Source: Clostridia bacterium
GTDB taxonomy: Bacteria; Bacillota; Clostridia; UMGS1883; UMGS1540
NCBI GenBank assembly: GCA_045533905.1
Contig: JAZSIR010000013.1
Coordinates: forward strand, 12,392-76,391
Length of the DNA: 64,000 bases
Direction of reading: 5' to 3'
Made by a program: the position numbers and the translations under genes. The notes under the pieces are model-generated. The model searched no databases. It was not told the origin of the DNA and saw nothing but the letters and a program-made list of their open reading frames with translations. Shown piece by piece: positions 30,632 through 40,461 of the stretch (positions are counted from its first letter, which is position 1; each line of letters opens with the position of its first letter).

Positions 30632-30670
30632 ACTGTCCTTTAGAGTACACTCCATATGACAGCTCTTTTT
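30630..30670 (-). repeat. Right terminal inverted repeat
   Basis: TTACTGTCCTTTAGAGTACACTCCATATGACAGCTCTTTTT, inverse of 27285-27325. Confidence 0.88.
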
Positions 30671-30759
30671 TAGACTATCGAAAACCCCTTCTACCGCAAG
30701 AATTCTTTCATAACCACTTCGATTATCCATTTTCTACCCGCAAAGAAGTATAAAAATTT

Positions 30760-30792
30760 AATGGCGGAGATTCATCGAGAATCTTCGCCATT
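30760..30792. terminator. Hairpin, probable terminator for the minus-strand nfo-to-DUF5662 genes
   Basis: AATGGCGGAGATT...AATCTTCGCCATT. Confidence 0.55.
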
Positions 30793-30839
30793 TCTTGCTT
30801 TTTACGAAATCGTTTTGCGATGTCTATTTGTATTTCTGA

Positions 30840-31367
30840 TTAATACGATTTACAGTTTCGTATAGCTCGGAATGCCGCATCCTCGCCTTCTTCAGCTAAG
30901 ATGACGAGCCAGCTTTCGAGGAGTGCCGAGGTTTCGGGATGGATAGCGCGGTTTGCGATGCCGCGGCGGAAATAGGAGAGGGGATGCTCATTTGTGTACG
31001 CTGCCCCTTGGTAAATTTTGCTTGCCGCCACGCGGTCACAAAACATTTCTTTTACAAAGATAAGCGGCATTTTCACCGGCGTCATCACGCGCGTGATGCG
31101 GTCGTAATCCGTCCAGTATTCAAAGTGATGCCGGTTTCTGCCCTTGTGGTGAATCCAGGCCCTCGAGTACCCGTATTCCTCGCGTTCACCTTCATTCGGG
31201 CTTTTGGTGCCCTTGAAGTATTTTACACCGGCACAAAATTCCGCCGGATTGTATTTCGATAAATCGTGCAAAAGACCGCGCCATAAAATGCCCGCACGCG
31301 CGCAGTGGCGGATTACGGCGTGGCGATGCCGCGTGATAGTCGAATAATGTCCCCAGAAGTTACCCAT
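30840..31367 (-). CDS. DUF5662-family HD-like protein
   Basis: LLHDLSKY, AWIHHKGRNRHHFEYW, EMFCDRVAASK motifs. Confidence 0.85.
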   Translation of the reverse strand: MGNFWGHYSTITRHRHAVIRHCARAGILWRGLLHDLSKYNPAEFCAGVKYFKGTKSPNEGEREEYGYSRAWIHHKGRNRHHFEYWTDYDRITRVMTPVKMPLIFVKEMFCDRVAASKIYQGAAYTNEHPLSYFRRGIANRAIHPETSALLESWLVILAEEGEDAAFRAIRNCKSY

Positions 31368-31421
31368 AGAATACTCCTCATAAGAACACGCTTTTACGAA
31401 CTCCTCGCAAAAGCGCGAAAA

Positions 31422-31721
31422 TTATTTCTGTTTTTCCAGCATATCGCGGTAGCCGCCGCTGCCGTATACAAGGCTGCGGTTGACACGGGAGATGGTCGCA
31501 GAAGAAGCGCCCACTTCCGTCATAATCTCGTTAAAGGTTTTTCCTTCATGCAAAAGTTTTGCCACGCTCCAACGCTGCGCCAGAGAGTGCAGCTCGGGTT
31601 TTGTGCATAAATCCTCTAAAAATTTTTCGCACTCTTCTTCGGTTTTCAAAGAAATCAGTACGCGGTATAAAGCGTCAAGCGTCTCGGGTTGTTTCAGCAT
31701 TTTATCTTTCTGCCTTTCCAA
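31422..31721 (-). CDS. YerC/YecD family TrpR-related protein
   Basis: FLEDLCT..EL..LAQR..VA, GASSATISRVNRSL.YG..GY; start may be ATG 31700. Confidence 0.9.
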   Translation of the reverse strand: MERQKDKMLKQPETLDALYRVLISLKTEEECEKFLEDLCTKPELHSLAQRWSVAKLLHEGKTFNEIMTEVGASSATISRVNRSLVYGSGGYRDMLEKQK

Positions 31722-31733
31722 ATATAGTTCGGT

Positions 31734-32354
31734 CTATTCCACACGCCCTTTTACAAAGATCACCTTTCCTAAAACGGAAAGAGTGTGGCCTTCCTCTTTG
31801 GGGTACACCATATCAGCGTACGCTTCGTTTTCGGCCCGCAGGACGAGTTTTTCGGGGTAGTCATACACACGCTTTACCGTAGCCTCTCCATCCACAAGCA
31901 CGACGGCAATTTCGCCGTTTTCGACTTCGGGCGTGCGGCGGACATACACAAGGTCGCCATTATAAATGCGCGCACCCGTCATACTGTCGCCGCGGATGCG
32001 AAGGGCAAAATCCACATGCTCGTCATCATCCACCACGATGTGCCCGTCATAGTTTTGCTCGGCCCAGATGGGAATGCCGGCCGCCACCTCGCCTAAAACC
32101 GGGATACTGCGCCCGGAAACAGAAGACGAAGGGGTTTTCGGCACATCTTCGCCCATAAGCCAGTTGGGGCTTATATGATAAAGACGGCAAATCATTTCCA
32201 GTGTAGGCGCTTTCGGCACATACTGGCCGTTGTTATAGCGCGAAACGGTGCTCGGCCGAAGGCCCAGATGCCCGGCAAGGGAATAGATGGTATCCCCGTT
32301 TTCCTTCATGACTGTGCGAAGCCGTTCACCAAAAGCAACCTTATCGAATGCCAT
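31734..32354 (-). CDS. XRE-HTH / S24 peptidase repressor (LexA/CI-like)
   Basis: N-terminal XRE HTH; IPVLGEVAAG (Ala-Gly cleavage site), GDSM catalytic Ser, ATVKR catalytic Lys. Confidence 0.88.
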   Translation of the reverse strand: MAFDKVAFGERLRTVMKENGDTIYSLAGHLGLRPSTVSRYNNGQYVPKAPTLEMICRLYHISPNWLMGEDVPKTPSSSVSGRSIPVLGEVAAGIPIWAEQNYDGHIVVDDDEHVDFALRIRGDSMTGARIYNGDLVYVRRTPEVENGEIAVVLVDGEATVKRVYDYPEKLVLRAENEAYADMVYPKEEGHTLSVLGKVIFVKGRVE

Positions 32355-32425
32355 ACCGATCATCCTTTCTTCTATCAGTATACACGATTTTGTTGCAAAA
32401 TGCAAGAAAAATATCTGTGGCCTTC

Positions 32426-33259
32426 TTACGCGTGCCGCGCACGGCGCAGCGCCGCAATTTCGCGCCCATAGCCTTCTATCTCATTCGGCGTTTCGAGATA
32501 GAAGGGGAGATTGCAAAGGGCGGGGTGGTTAATAATACGCGTGATGGCGTCAAACCCGAGTGCACCTTCGCCGATTTTATGGTGCCGGTCTTTGTGGCTT
32601 GCAAAGGGGTTCATACTGTCATTTAGATGAATGGCGCGAAGCCGCGAAAGCCCGATTACGCGGTCAAATTCCGAAAGCACGCCGTCTAAATCATTCACAA
32701 TATCGTAGCCGGCATCATGCACATGGCAGGTATCGAGACAAACGCCGATTTTGTCGGAAAGTGTAACGCCGTCAATAATCGCACGGATTTCCTCAAAACG
32801 GCCGCCTACTTCCGAACCCTTTCCTGCCATCGTTTCGAGAAGGACCGTGGTGGTCTGCTCTTTCGTAAGTACACGGTTTAACGTATCCGTAATCTGCTCG
32901 ATGCCGACTTCCATGCCTTGCCCTACGTGACTCCCCGGATGGAAATTGTAAAGATTCCCCGGAAGATACTCCATGCGCTCGAGGTCATCGCAGAATGTGC
33001 GGTACGCAAAGTCGCGGATTTTTTCGTCTTTGGAGCAGGCGTTTAGCGTGTAGGGCGCATGGGCGAGAAGCGGTCCGAAGTTATGTTCCTTCGAGAGGGC
33101 TACGAGCGCCGCCGCATCGGAAGGATCCATGGGCTTTGCCGCACCGCCGCGCGGGTTTCTTGTGAAAAACTGAAATACGTTTGCATCTATGGAAAGGGCG
33201 GCTTTTCCCATGGCGAGAAAACCATTCGAAGCCGACAGGTGACAACCGATATGAAACAT
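32426..33259 (-). CDS. nfo: Endonuclease IV
   Basis: [41 protein letters not shown]; start at MFHIG with AGGAGG. Confidence 0.96.
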   Translation of the reverse strand: MFHIGCHLSASNGFLAMGKAALSIDANVFQFFTRNPRGGAAKPMDPSDAAALVALSKEHNFGPLLAHAPYTLNACSKDEKIRDFAYRTFCDDLERMEYLPGNLYNFHPGSHVGQGMEVGIEQITDTLNRVLTKEQTTTVLLETMAGKGSEVGGRFEEIRAIIDGVTLSDKIGVCLDTCHVHDAGYDIVNDLDGVLSEFDRVIGLSRLRAIHLNDSMNPFASHKDRHHKIGEGALGFDAITRIINHPALCNLPFYLETPNEIEGYGREIAALRRARHA

Positions 33260-33382
33260 TTTCAAAAACCTCCTTTTTGGTATATGTACAGTATACTGGA
33301 TTTCGCGGAAAAAAGAAAGAGGTTTCCTGAAAAATTTTGGAGTTTTTTCGAAGCGTACTCCTTTCAAAACCTTCGGAAAAGG

Positions 33383-33411
33383 TTGACAAGCCTGCGAAAA
33401 AAAGGTATAAT
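33383..33411 (+). promoter_or_regulatory. sigma-A promoter of the COG2426-metK operon
   Basis: TTGACA-N17-TATAAT. Confidence 0.8.
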
Positions 33412-33438
33412 AAAAAGAAGAAAAAAATGAGGTGAAGT

Positions 33439-33918
33439 ATGGAAGCATTATTACAGGTTTTCCCGGCAGAATTACAGGTTATTTTAATGTCCATGATTCC
33501 CATTGTGGAACTCCGTGGGGCTATTCCCTACGGCGCGTTACTTGGGCTTGATCCGGTTCGCACATTCTTGTGCGCTGTGCTGGGCAACTGTATTCCCGTG
33601 CCGCTCATTATTTTCTTAGCCCGTCCCATCATCCGCTACCTGAAAAAAACGAGAATTCTCGGCTGGTTTGCACATTGGATGGAACGGAAAACCGAGAAAA
33701 ACCGCGATAAAATCATGAAAAGAAGTGCACTTGGGCTTTTTCTGTTCGTAGCTATTCCGCTTCCCGGCACAGGCGCGTGGACCGGGGCGCTTTGCGCGGC
33801 ACTTCTCGATCTGCGCTATCGCTTTGCACTTCCCAGCATCATAGCAGGCGTATTTGGCGCAGGTTGCATTATGACATTTGGCACAGAAATTATAAAATGG
33901 ATTATACAACTGTTTTAA
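33439..33918 (+). CDS. COG2426 / putative small multidrug export membrane protein
   Basis: [13 protein letters not shown] and [14 protein letters not shown] motifs. Confidence 0.88.
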   Translation: MEALLQVFPAELQVILMSMIPIVELRGAIPYGALLGLDPVRTFLCAVLGNCIPVPLIIFLARPIIRYLKKTRILGWFAHWMERKTEKNRDKIMKRSALGLFLFVAIPLPGTGAWTGALCAALLDLRYRFALPSIIAGVFGAGCIMTFGTEIIKWIIQLF

Positions 33919-33946
33919 CACAGTTTGCGAAAGAGAGGAATTTACT

Positions 33947-35113
33947 ATGAGACATTATTTTACATCGGAATCGGTAACAGAAGGGCATCCGGATAAACTG
34001 TGCGACCGTATTTCGGATAGCATTTTAGATGAAATCGTGAAAAACGACCCCGCCGCGCGCGTTGCCTGCGAAGTTACGGCAACAACGGGCCTTGTGATGG
34101 TCATGGGCGAAATCACCACAAACTGCTATGTGGATATCGCCGATATTGCAAGAAAAACGATTCGCGAGATTGGGTATGACAAAACGGAATACGGATTCGA
34201 TTCGGAAACCTGTGCCGTTTTAAACTGCATTCGTGAACAGTCGCCCGATATTGCTATGGGTGTAGACCGCTCGTATGAAGCCAAAGCCGAAGGGCGCGAA
34301 GAGCACGGCGCCGGCGACCAGGGCCTTATGTTCGGCTATGCCTGCAACGAAACGGAAGAATTTATGCCGCTTCCCATTTCCCTTGCCCATGCACTCGCGA
34401 GAAAGCTTACGGATGTGCGCAAGGAAGGTATACTTTCTTACCTTCGTCCCGATGGCAAGAGCCAGGTTACGGTAGAATACGACGGAGATAAGCCCGTGCG
34501 CGTGGAGGCTGTTGTCATTTCTTCGCAGCACGATCCGGATGTTCCGATTGAAACCCTTCGCAAAGAAATTTTAGAAGAGGTTGTACTTCCGATTATCCCG
34601 AAGGAACTTATGGATGAAAATACAAAGGTATTTATAAACCCGACAGGACGTTTTGTAATCGGCGGCCCGCACGGGGATACAGGCCTTACCGGCAGAAAAA
34701 TCATTGTCGATACGTATGGCGGCTATGCCCGCCACGGCGGCGGTGCGCTCTCCGGCAAGGACGCTACGAAGGTAGATAGAACTGCGGCCTATATGATGCG
34801 CTACATCGCGAAAAACATCGTAGCAGCAGGCCTTGCCGATAAGTGCGAGCTGCAGGCAGCCTATGCCATTGGTGTGGCACGCCCTGTTTCCCTTCGCGTA
34901 GACACCTTCGGCACGGGCAAAATTTCGGAAGAAAGACTTGCCGCGATTGTGGACGAACTCTTTGACCTCCGTCCTGACGGTATGATTGAAACGCTCGGGC
35001 TTCTGCGCCCGATTTATGCGGCAACGGCCGCATACGGCCACTTCGGCAATGCGGAATATCCGTGGGAGAAGCTCGATATGGTGGAAGCACTCACGAAGGC
35101 CGCACGCGACTAA
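33947..35113 (+). CDS. metK: S-adenosylmethionine synthetase
   Basis: [33 protein letters not shown]. Confidence 0.98.
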   Translation: MRHYFTSESVTEGHPDKLCDRISDSILDEIVKNDPAARVACEVTATTGLVMVMGEITTNCYVDIADIARKTIREIGYDKTEYGFDSETCAVLNCIREQSPDIAMGVDRSYEAKAEGREEHGAGDQGLMFGYACNETEEFMPLPISLAHALARKLTDVRKEGILSYLRPDGKSQVTVEYDGDKPVRVEAVVISSQHDPDVPIETLRKEILEEVVLPIIPKELMDENTKVFINPTGRFVIGGPHGDTGLTGRKIIVDTYGGYARHGGGALSGKDATKVDRTAAYMMRYIAKNIVAAGLADKCELQAAYAIGVARPVSLRVDTFGTGKISEERLAAIVDELFDLRPDGMIETLGLLRPIYAATAAYGHFGNAEYPWEKLDMVEALTKAARD

Positions 35114-35162
35114 ACACAAAAGAAGGCGCATCTGCATACTATAAAACCGGGAGGCGAGAGGT

Positions 35163-35435
35163 ATGCTGATGCAGTATATAATTCCGCTCATCATTTCGCT
35201 TTGCATAGCGGCTGTGGTGTACATTCTTCTGTACGCCGCAGGTAGACCCGCCGAGGGCGATGTGGAAATTATCATAGGCGGAGAAGAACAGACAGAAAGC
35301 GTGGAGAACACCGTGGCAATGGCGCGGTGGCTTTCCGAACGTTATTTTAAGGATGCCCGGATTTACATACGGGGCGGAGAAGAACGATATGTTTCGACTC
35401 TGTGCAGAAGGTACGGGGTGCGGAGAAAGGAATAG
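35163..35435 (+). CDS. Small hypothetical protein with N-terminal TM helix
   Basis: GGAGG SD; fills the metK-recD2 gap on the coding strand. Confidence 0.65.
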   Translation: MLMQYIIPLIISLCIAAVVYILLYAAGRPAEGDVEIIIGGEEQTESVENTVAMARWLSERYFKDARIYIRGGEERYVSTLCRRYGVRRKE

Positions 35436-35444
35436 GCAAGGTTT

Positions 35445-37652
35445 ATGGCCGAGCTTCTCGTCATAGAAGGCGTTGTACAAGAGATTATTTATCAGAATAT
35501 CGCAAACGGTTATACCGTTTGCGATATTGACGTGGAAGGGGTTTTTTCTACGGCTGTCGGCATTATGCCGGGTATCGCGCCGGGGGAAGGGGTGCGCCTT
35601 ACGGGCACGTGGACAACCCATCACGAGTACGGCGAGCAGTTCCGTGTGGAAATATGCGAAAAAATTCTGCCGCACGGAAGGCTCCAGATTCTCCAGTATC
35701 TTTCCTCGGGCATCATCAAGGGGATAGGCCCCGCTACGGCGCAGAAAATCGTCGAAAAATTCGGGGAAGATGCGCTCGATGTTATGCGGGATCATCCTGA
35801 GAAACTTGCCAAAATCCGCGGCATCAGCCTAAGAAAAGCGGAGGAAATGCGGGCGTCGCTCCTCGAAAAGCAGGCGGTGCAGAGCATTGTAATGTTCCTG
35901 CAGCCGTTTGGCGTAACGGCGAATTTCGCCGTGCGCGTATTTCGGAAATTTGGTGCCGAGGCACAAAATAAAATCGAAAAGAATCCGTACATTCTATGCG
36001 AGGTGGACGGCATCGGCTTCAAAACGGCCGATAAAATTGCAATGCAGATGGGTGTGGCGCACGATAACGCGGCACGTCTTGAAAACGGCGTTTTATACGT
36101 ACTTTCGGAGTATGCTGCAAACGGGCATACGTTTTTGCCGGAGGCGATGATTCTGACCCGCGCGGCGGAAATTCTGGAAGTTGCGGCGGCACAGATTCAA
36201 AGCACCGTGACGGGGATGCTTCTTTCAGGCAAACTGATGCGCGAAGGGGGCGATGCGCCGCGGATATACCTGCCTCTGTATTTCCACGCGGAAATGGGCG
36301 TTGCACGAAGGCTGTATGCGGTAATGCGAAGCGGCAAAACGGGGACTGGCATCCCGATGGAGACTGCTGTATCGCAGGCAGAGCGAAGAGCCGGCATCAC
36401 GCTTTCGGAAAGACAGCGTGAGGCGTGTTATATGGCTATGCAAAACGGTGTTTCCGTCATAACCGGTGGTCCTGGCACGGGGAAAACAACGGTTATAAAC
36501 GCTATTATTGAAATGATGACCGAGGTGGGGGCCGCGGTTGCGCTTTGTGCGCCGACAGGACGCGCCGCAAAGCGTATGGCAGAAACCTCCGGTATGGAAG
36601 CCAAAACGATTCACCGCCTTCTGGAGCTAAATTACGGCGGAGAAGAGGAAAGGCAGGTTTTCGGCCGGAATGAGGAGTGCCCTTTGGAGGAAGATGTCGT
36701 AATTGTGGACGAAATGAGTATGGTGGATATTCTCCTAATGCACGCCCTCCTCAAAGCGCTGAAACCGGGCGCACGTCTTGTGCTTGTGGGGGATGCTGAC
36801 CAGCTCACTTCCGTGGGCGCAGGCGATGTACTTCGCGATATTCTGAAAAGCGATGCAATTCCGTCGGTACGGCTTACGGAGATTTACAGGCAGGCGGCAG
36901 AGAGTATGATCGTAGTCGGTGCCCATAAAATAAATGCGGGGGAAATTCCCGAAGTAAACCAAAAAGAAAAAGACTTTTTCTTTGTACACCGCGAAGATGC
37001 CGAAGGTATTCTGGAAACGGTGTGCGAGCTTGTGTCTGCGCGCCTTCCAAGGGCGTACGGCGTTTCTCCGATGGGGCAAATACAGGTCATTTGTCCTTCG
37101 CGGAAATCACAGCTCGGCGTAAATGTCGTAAACCGCGCCCTGCAAGCGCGGCTCAACCCGCCCGATGCCAAAAAGGAAGAGAAAATTATGGGCGAAACTG
37201 TTTTCCGTGAGGGCGATAAGGTTATGCAAATCCGCAATAATTACGATATCGTCTGGCGGTCGCTTGACAGGGACGAAGAGGGCTGCGGTGTTTTTAACGG
37301 CGACGTGGGCGTCATTCATTCCATTTACACAAAAGGACAGTATATGGAGGTTCTTTTTGACGAGGAACGGCTTGTCCGCTATGATTTCAGCCAGCTGGAG
37401 GAGCTCGAAATGGCGTATGCCGTCACGGTGCATAAATCCCAAGGGAGCGAGTTTGACGTTGTGGTCATCCCGCAGTTCCCGTGCGCACCGCTTCTGATGA
37501 GCCGAAATTTATTGTACACAGCTGTTACCCGCGCCAAAAAGCTTGTGGTTTTGGTAGGGCGCGAGAGCGTGATGGAAACGATGATCGCCAATAACCGGCA
37601 GGTAGAAAGATTTTCCGGTCTTTCCGAAAAAATCCGGGGGATATTCGTATGA
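35445..37652 (+). CDS. recD2: ATP-dependent RecD2-like helicase
   Basis: HhH GIGPATA, GGPGTGKTT, DEMSM, VGDADQL, YAVTVHKSQGSEF, LLYTAVTRAK. Confidence 0.95.
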   Translation: MAELLVIEGVVQEIIYQNIANGYTVCDIDVEGVFSTAVGIMPGIAPGEGVRLTGTWTTHHEYGEQFRVEICEKILPHGRLQILQYLSSGIIKGIGPATAQKIVEKFGEDALDVMRDHPEKLAKIRGISLRKAEEMRASLLEKQAVQSIVMFLQPFGVTANFAVRVFRKFGAEAQNKIEKNPYILCEVDGIGFKTADKIAMQMGVAHDNAARLENGVLYVLSEYAANGHTFLPEAMILTRAAEILEVAAAQIQSTVTGMLLSGKLMREGGDAPRIYLPLYFHAEMGVARRLYAVMRSGKTGTGIPMETAVSQAERRAGITLSERQREACYMAMQNGVSVITGGPGTGKTTVINAIIEMMTEVGAAVALCAPTGRAAKRMAETSGMEAKTIHRLLELNYGGEEERQVFGRNEECPLEEDVVIVDEMSMVDILLMHALLKALKPGARLVLVGDADQLTSVGAGDVLRDILKSDAIPSVRLTEIYRQAAESMIVVGAHKINAGEIPEVNQKEKDFFFVHREDAEGILETVCELVSARLPRAYGVSPMGQIQVICPSRKSQLGVNVVNRALQARLNPPDAKKEEKIMGETVFREGDKVMQIRNNYDIVWRSLDRDEEGCGVFNGDVGVIHSIYTKGQYMEVLFDEERLVRYDFSQLEELEMAYAVTVHKSQGSEFDVVVIPQFPCAPLLMSRNLLYTAVTRAKKLVVLVGRESVMETMIANNRQVERFSGLSEKIRGIFV

Positions 37653-38359
37653 AGCGCTTTCTTTTGCGGCTTTTATATCCGCCGAAATGTATATTCTGTG
37701 AAGAGGTTCTGGAAAATGAGAACTTTGCGGTTTGCAGGGACTGCCTTGCCGAAATCTCGTACAATAAGCGTGCCTGCCGCGTGTGCGGCACACCGCTTGA
37801 CACGGTGTACGGAGAGAAGCTCTGTCCTGCCTGTCGCAAAAAGAAACGGGCATTTCAAAAGGCCTATGTGCCTTTTATCTATAAGGATGCGGTGCGCGCA
37901 TCCATTCTCGGCTTCAAATTCCGCGGCAAGCGTGCGCGGGCAAAGACTTATGCGGCCTTTCTCCTTATGAAACTCAAAGAAGAGGGCGCAGAGAGGCCGG
38001 ATGTAATTACCTTTGTGCCGATGCATTTTATCAGGCGCGGAAAGCGCGGCTATAATCAGGCGGAGCTTCTTGCTAAGGAGCTCGGTATGCTCTGGTCCGT
38101 GCCTGTGGAGGGGACGCTCCGGAAGACGAAGCACACCCGACCGCAGTCCCGCTACCGCAGGAAGGACAGGCTGACAGCACCTTTCAAGGTGTATGCAGAG
38201 AAGAACGGCGTCGATATACGCGGTAAGAAAGTTCTTCTCGTGGACGATATTATCACAACAGGCACTACGATGCAGGCCTGCGCCCGCCTTCTTCGCAAAA
38301 TGGGCGCAAAAGAAATCGAGATTGCCGCAATAGCGGCAACAGCGAAAAATCACGGATAG
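37649..38359 (+). CDS. comF: ComF-family protein (zinc ribbons + PRTase-like domain)
   Basis: CxxC pairs, RGYNQAE, LLVDDIITTGTT. Confidence 0.9.
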   Translation: MKRFLLRLLYPPKCIFCEEVLENENFAVCRDCLAEISYNKRACRVCGTPLDTVYGEKLCPACRKKKRAFQKAYVPFIYKDAVRASILGFKFRGKRARAKTYAAFLLMKLKEEGAERPDVITFVPMHFIRRGKRGYNQAELLAKELGMLWSVPVEGTLRKTKHTRPQSRYRRKDRLTAPFKVYAEKNGVDIRGKKVLLVDDIITTGTTMQACARLLRKMGAKEIEIAAIAATAKNHG

Positions 38360-38371
38360 GGAGGTGAACGT

Positions 38372-39298
38372 ATGATTCCGCTTTTGGTTATTGCAGGGCC
38401 TACGGCCTCGGGCAAAACGGCACTGGCCATAGAAATTGCAAAGCGCATCGGCGGCGAGGTTGTCTCGGCCGACTCGATGCAGGTATACCAAGATATGAAT
38501 ATCGGCACCGCCAAGCCGGACGAAGCGGAAAAAGACGGCGTTCCCCATCATCTTCTGGATGTTGTTCCGGCAGATACCGATTTTTCGCTCGAACAGTTTG
38601 TAAGGCTTGCGCATGCAGCTATTTCAGATATACACGCACGCGGGCATATTCCTATTCTGGCAGGCGGCACGGGGCTGTATATTGACACGGTGGCGGAAAA
38701 CCGCCCGCTTTCCGAAAATTCCTTTGATCCCGGGGTGCGCGAGCGCATGGAGAACGAATGGGAAGAAAAGGGCGGCGAGGCGATGTTTTCGCTTCTCGAA
38801 AGCATTGACCCTGCGGCGTCTGCGAAGCTGCATCCCAACGAAAAACGGCGGATTTTGCGTGCCCTTGAAATCTATTACACCACGGGCGAAACAAAAACAG
38901 AACATCTCAGAAAAAAACCGGAAAAAATTTACGATTATTTTGTATTTGCTCTTGAACTCCCACGAGAAATTTTGTATAATAGAATAAATAGGCGTGTTGA
39001 CAAAATGCTCGAGGCGGGGCTCCTTCCGGAAGTGGAAAAAATCTACCGGATGCTCCGCGGGAAAAAGCATACTTCTCTCCAGGGGGTGGGGTATAAAGAA
39101 CTCATCTGGTTTTTGGAGGGGAAAGCCACGATGGCGGAGGCTGTCGAGCTTATCAAACGGAACACGCGCCGCCTTGCCAAACGGCAGATGACGTGGTTTC
39201 GGCAGAACCCTTCCATCGTCTGGCTGGATGCACAAAAAGATGTAGAGAGCCTTGCGGCGGAATGTATAGAGAAGTTTTCTGCACGGGCAGACGGATAG
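38372..39298 (+). CDS. miaA: tRNA dimethylallyltransferase
   Basis: GPTASGKT, SADSMQVY, IGTAKP, GGTGLY, AKRQMTWF. Confidence 0.97.
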   Translation: MIPLLVIAGPTASGKTALAIEIAKRIGGEVVSADSMQVYQDMNIGTAKPDEAEKDGVPHHLLDVVPADTDFSLEQFVRLAHAAISDIHARGHIPILAGGTGLYIDTVAENRPLSENSFDPGVRERMENEWEEKGGEAMFSLLESIDPAASAKLHPNEKRRILRALEIYYTTGETKTEHLRKKPEKIYDYFVFALELPREILYNRINRRVDKMLEAGLLPEVEKIYRMLRGKKHTSLQGVGYKELIWFLEGKATMAEAVELIKRNTRRLAKRQMTWFRQNPSIVWLDAQKDVESLAAECIEKFSARADG

Positions 39299-39309
39299 GG
39301 AGAAACAGT

Positions 39310-40449
39310 ATGCGAAAGAATGTAAAAATTCTGCTCATAGCCATATTACTTCTGTTTGCTTTATGGAATATCGTGTCGCTCTTTTTAGGGCGGAACAACT
39401 CTTTCATTGCGCAGTATGGCGCGATGGAGGATACCTTCGGCACCACCTTGTATCTGTTTAAGGACGAGACGGTGATTGAAGGCGCGGGTGACGGCGTTTT
39501 GCGCCCCACCGTGCCGGACGGGGAGCGCGTGCATCGCGGCGCCCGCATCGGCGCCCTTCTGACAGGGGATACGGACGAGGGTGCACTGCACGAATTTCTG
39601 CGGATTCAGGATCGCCTCACAAGGCTTAAAAACCGGAGCGCAGACGAAAACTACACGGAAACCGTGCGGACCGACGAGGAAATTTCCACCGTTTCCGCAC
39701 TTATATCCGCGGCGGCCAGCCGGGGCGATATGAAAAAAGTCAGCGCCTTAAAGGATGAGCTTCTCATTGCCAAGGATGAGAAAAGCGCGGCGGACGGGCA
39801 AAGGGACAAGCTGATTGCGCTTTTGGAGGAACGGCAAAAGAGTCTTTCGGCAGGCTTTGGCAACAGCATCAAAGAAATTTACAGTCCCCGCGCAGGCACG
39901 TTGCTTCTCGGTACGGACGGGTTGGAAGACGATATGACCACAAAAGCAGCCGAAGGGCTTACGGTAGAAGCATTCCGGGAGCTTACAGCGCGCGAGACGG
40001 AGAAAAAAAGTGGCTGCAAGGTTTTATATAATGCAGAATGGCGCGCCGCTGCAGAGGTGGATGCGGCCGTTTGTGAAAGACTTTCTCCGGGACAGACGGT
40101 GTCCCTCAGACTTTATGAATGTGGCGGGGCTACGGAAAAAGCGAAGATTTTAGAAATCTCGGAGGAGACAGACGGAAAGTGCATTGTTGTATTTTCGTCC
40201 AACCGCACACCGGAAGGCCTTGTACAGTGCCGGCGAATCACGGCGGATGTCATCATTGCGCGGTATGAAGGCCTGCGCATTCCGAAAAAGGCCATCGAAG
40301 AAAAAGACGGCGAGACCGGTGTGTATGTAAAAACTGTGACGGAAGAGGTCTTTAAGAAGACTGACGTTTCCTACACAGGTGAGGAATATGCCATCATCCG
40401 CAAAGGCGAAGCCACAGAGCTTGGGCTTTACGATACGGTGGTATACTGA
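39310..40449 (+). CDS. HlyD/membrane-fusion-like adaptor protein (Clostridial yggS-upstream gene)
   Basis: N-terminal TM, VPDGERV lipoyl-like half, coiled coil, IYSPRAG, GLRIPKKAI. Confidence 0.72.
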   Translation: MRKNVKILLIAILLLFALWNIVSLFLGRNNSFIAQYGAMEDTFGTTLYLFKDETVIEGAGDGVLRPTVPDGERVHRGARIGALLTGDTDEGALHEFLRIQDRLTRLKNRSADENYTETVRTDEEISTVSALISAAASRGDMKKVSALKDELLIAKDEKSAADGQRDKLIALLEERQKSLSAGFGNSIKEIYSPRAGTLLLGTDGLEDDMTTKAAEGLTVEAFRELTARETEKKSGCKVLYNAEWRAAAEVDAAVCERLSPGQTVSLRLYECGGATEKAKILEISEETDGKCIVVFSSNRTPEGLVQCRRITADVIIARYEGLRIPKKAIEEKDGETGVYVKTVTEEVFKKTDVSYTGEEYAIIRKGEATELGLYDTVVY

Positions 40450-40461
40450 TGGGAGGAAAAA

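Larger units (their letters stand above)
27285..30670. mobile_element. AT-rich, inverted-repeat-bounded cassette without its own transposase, carrying an RHH regulator and a Type IIB-like R-M system
   Basis: Sharp AT enrichment relative to the flanks; 41-bp imperfect terminal inverted repeats; inserted immediately after rplQ. Confidence 0.75.
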
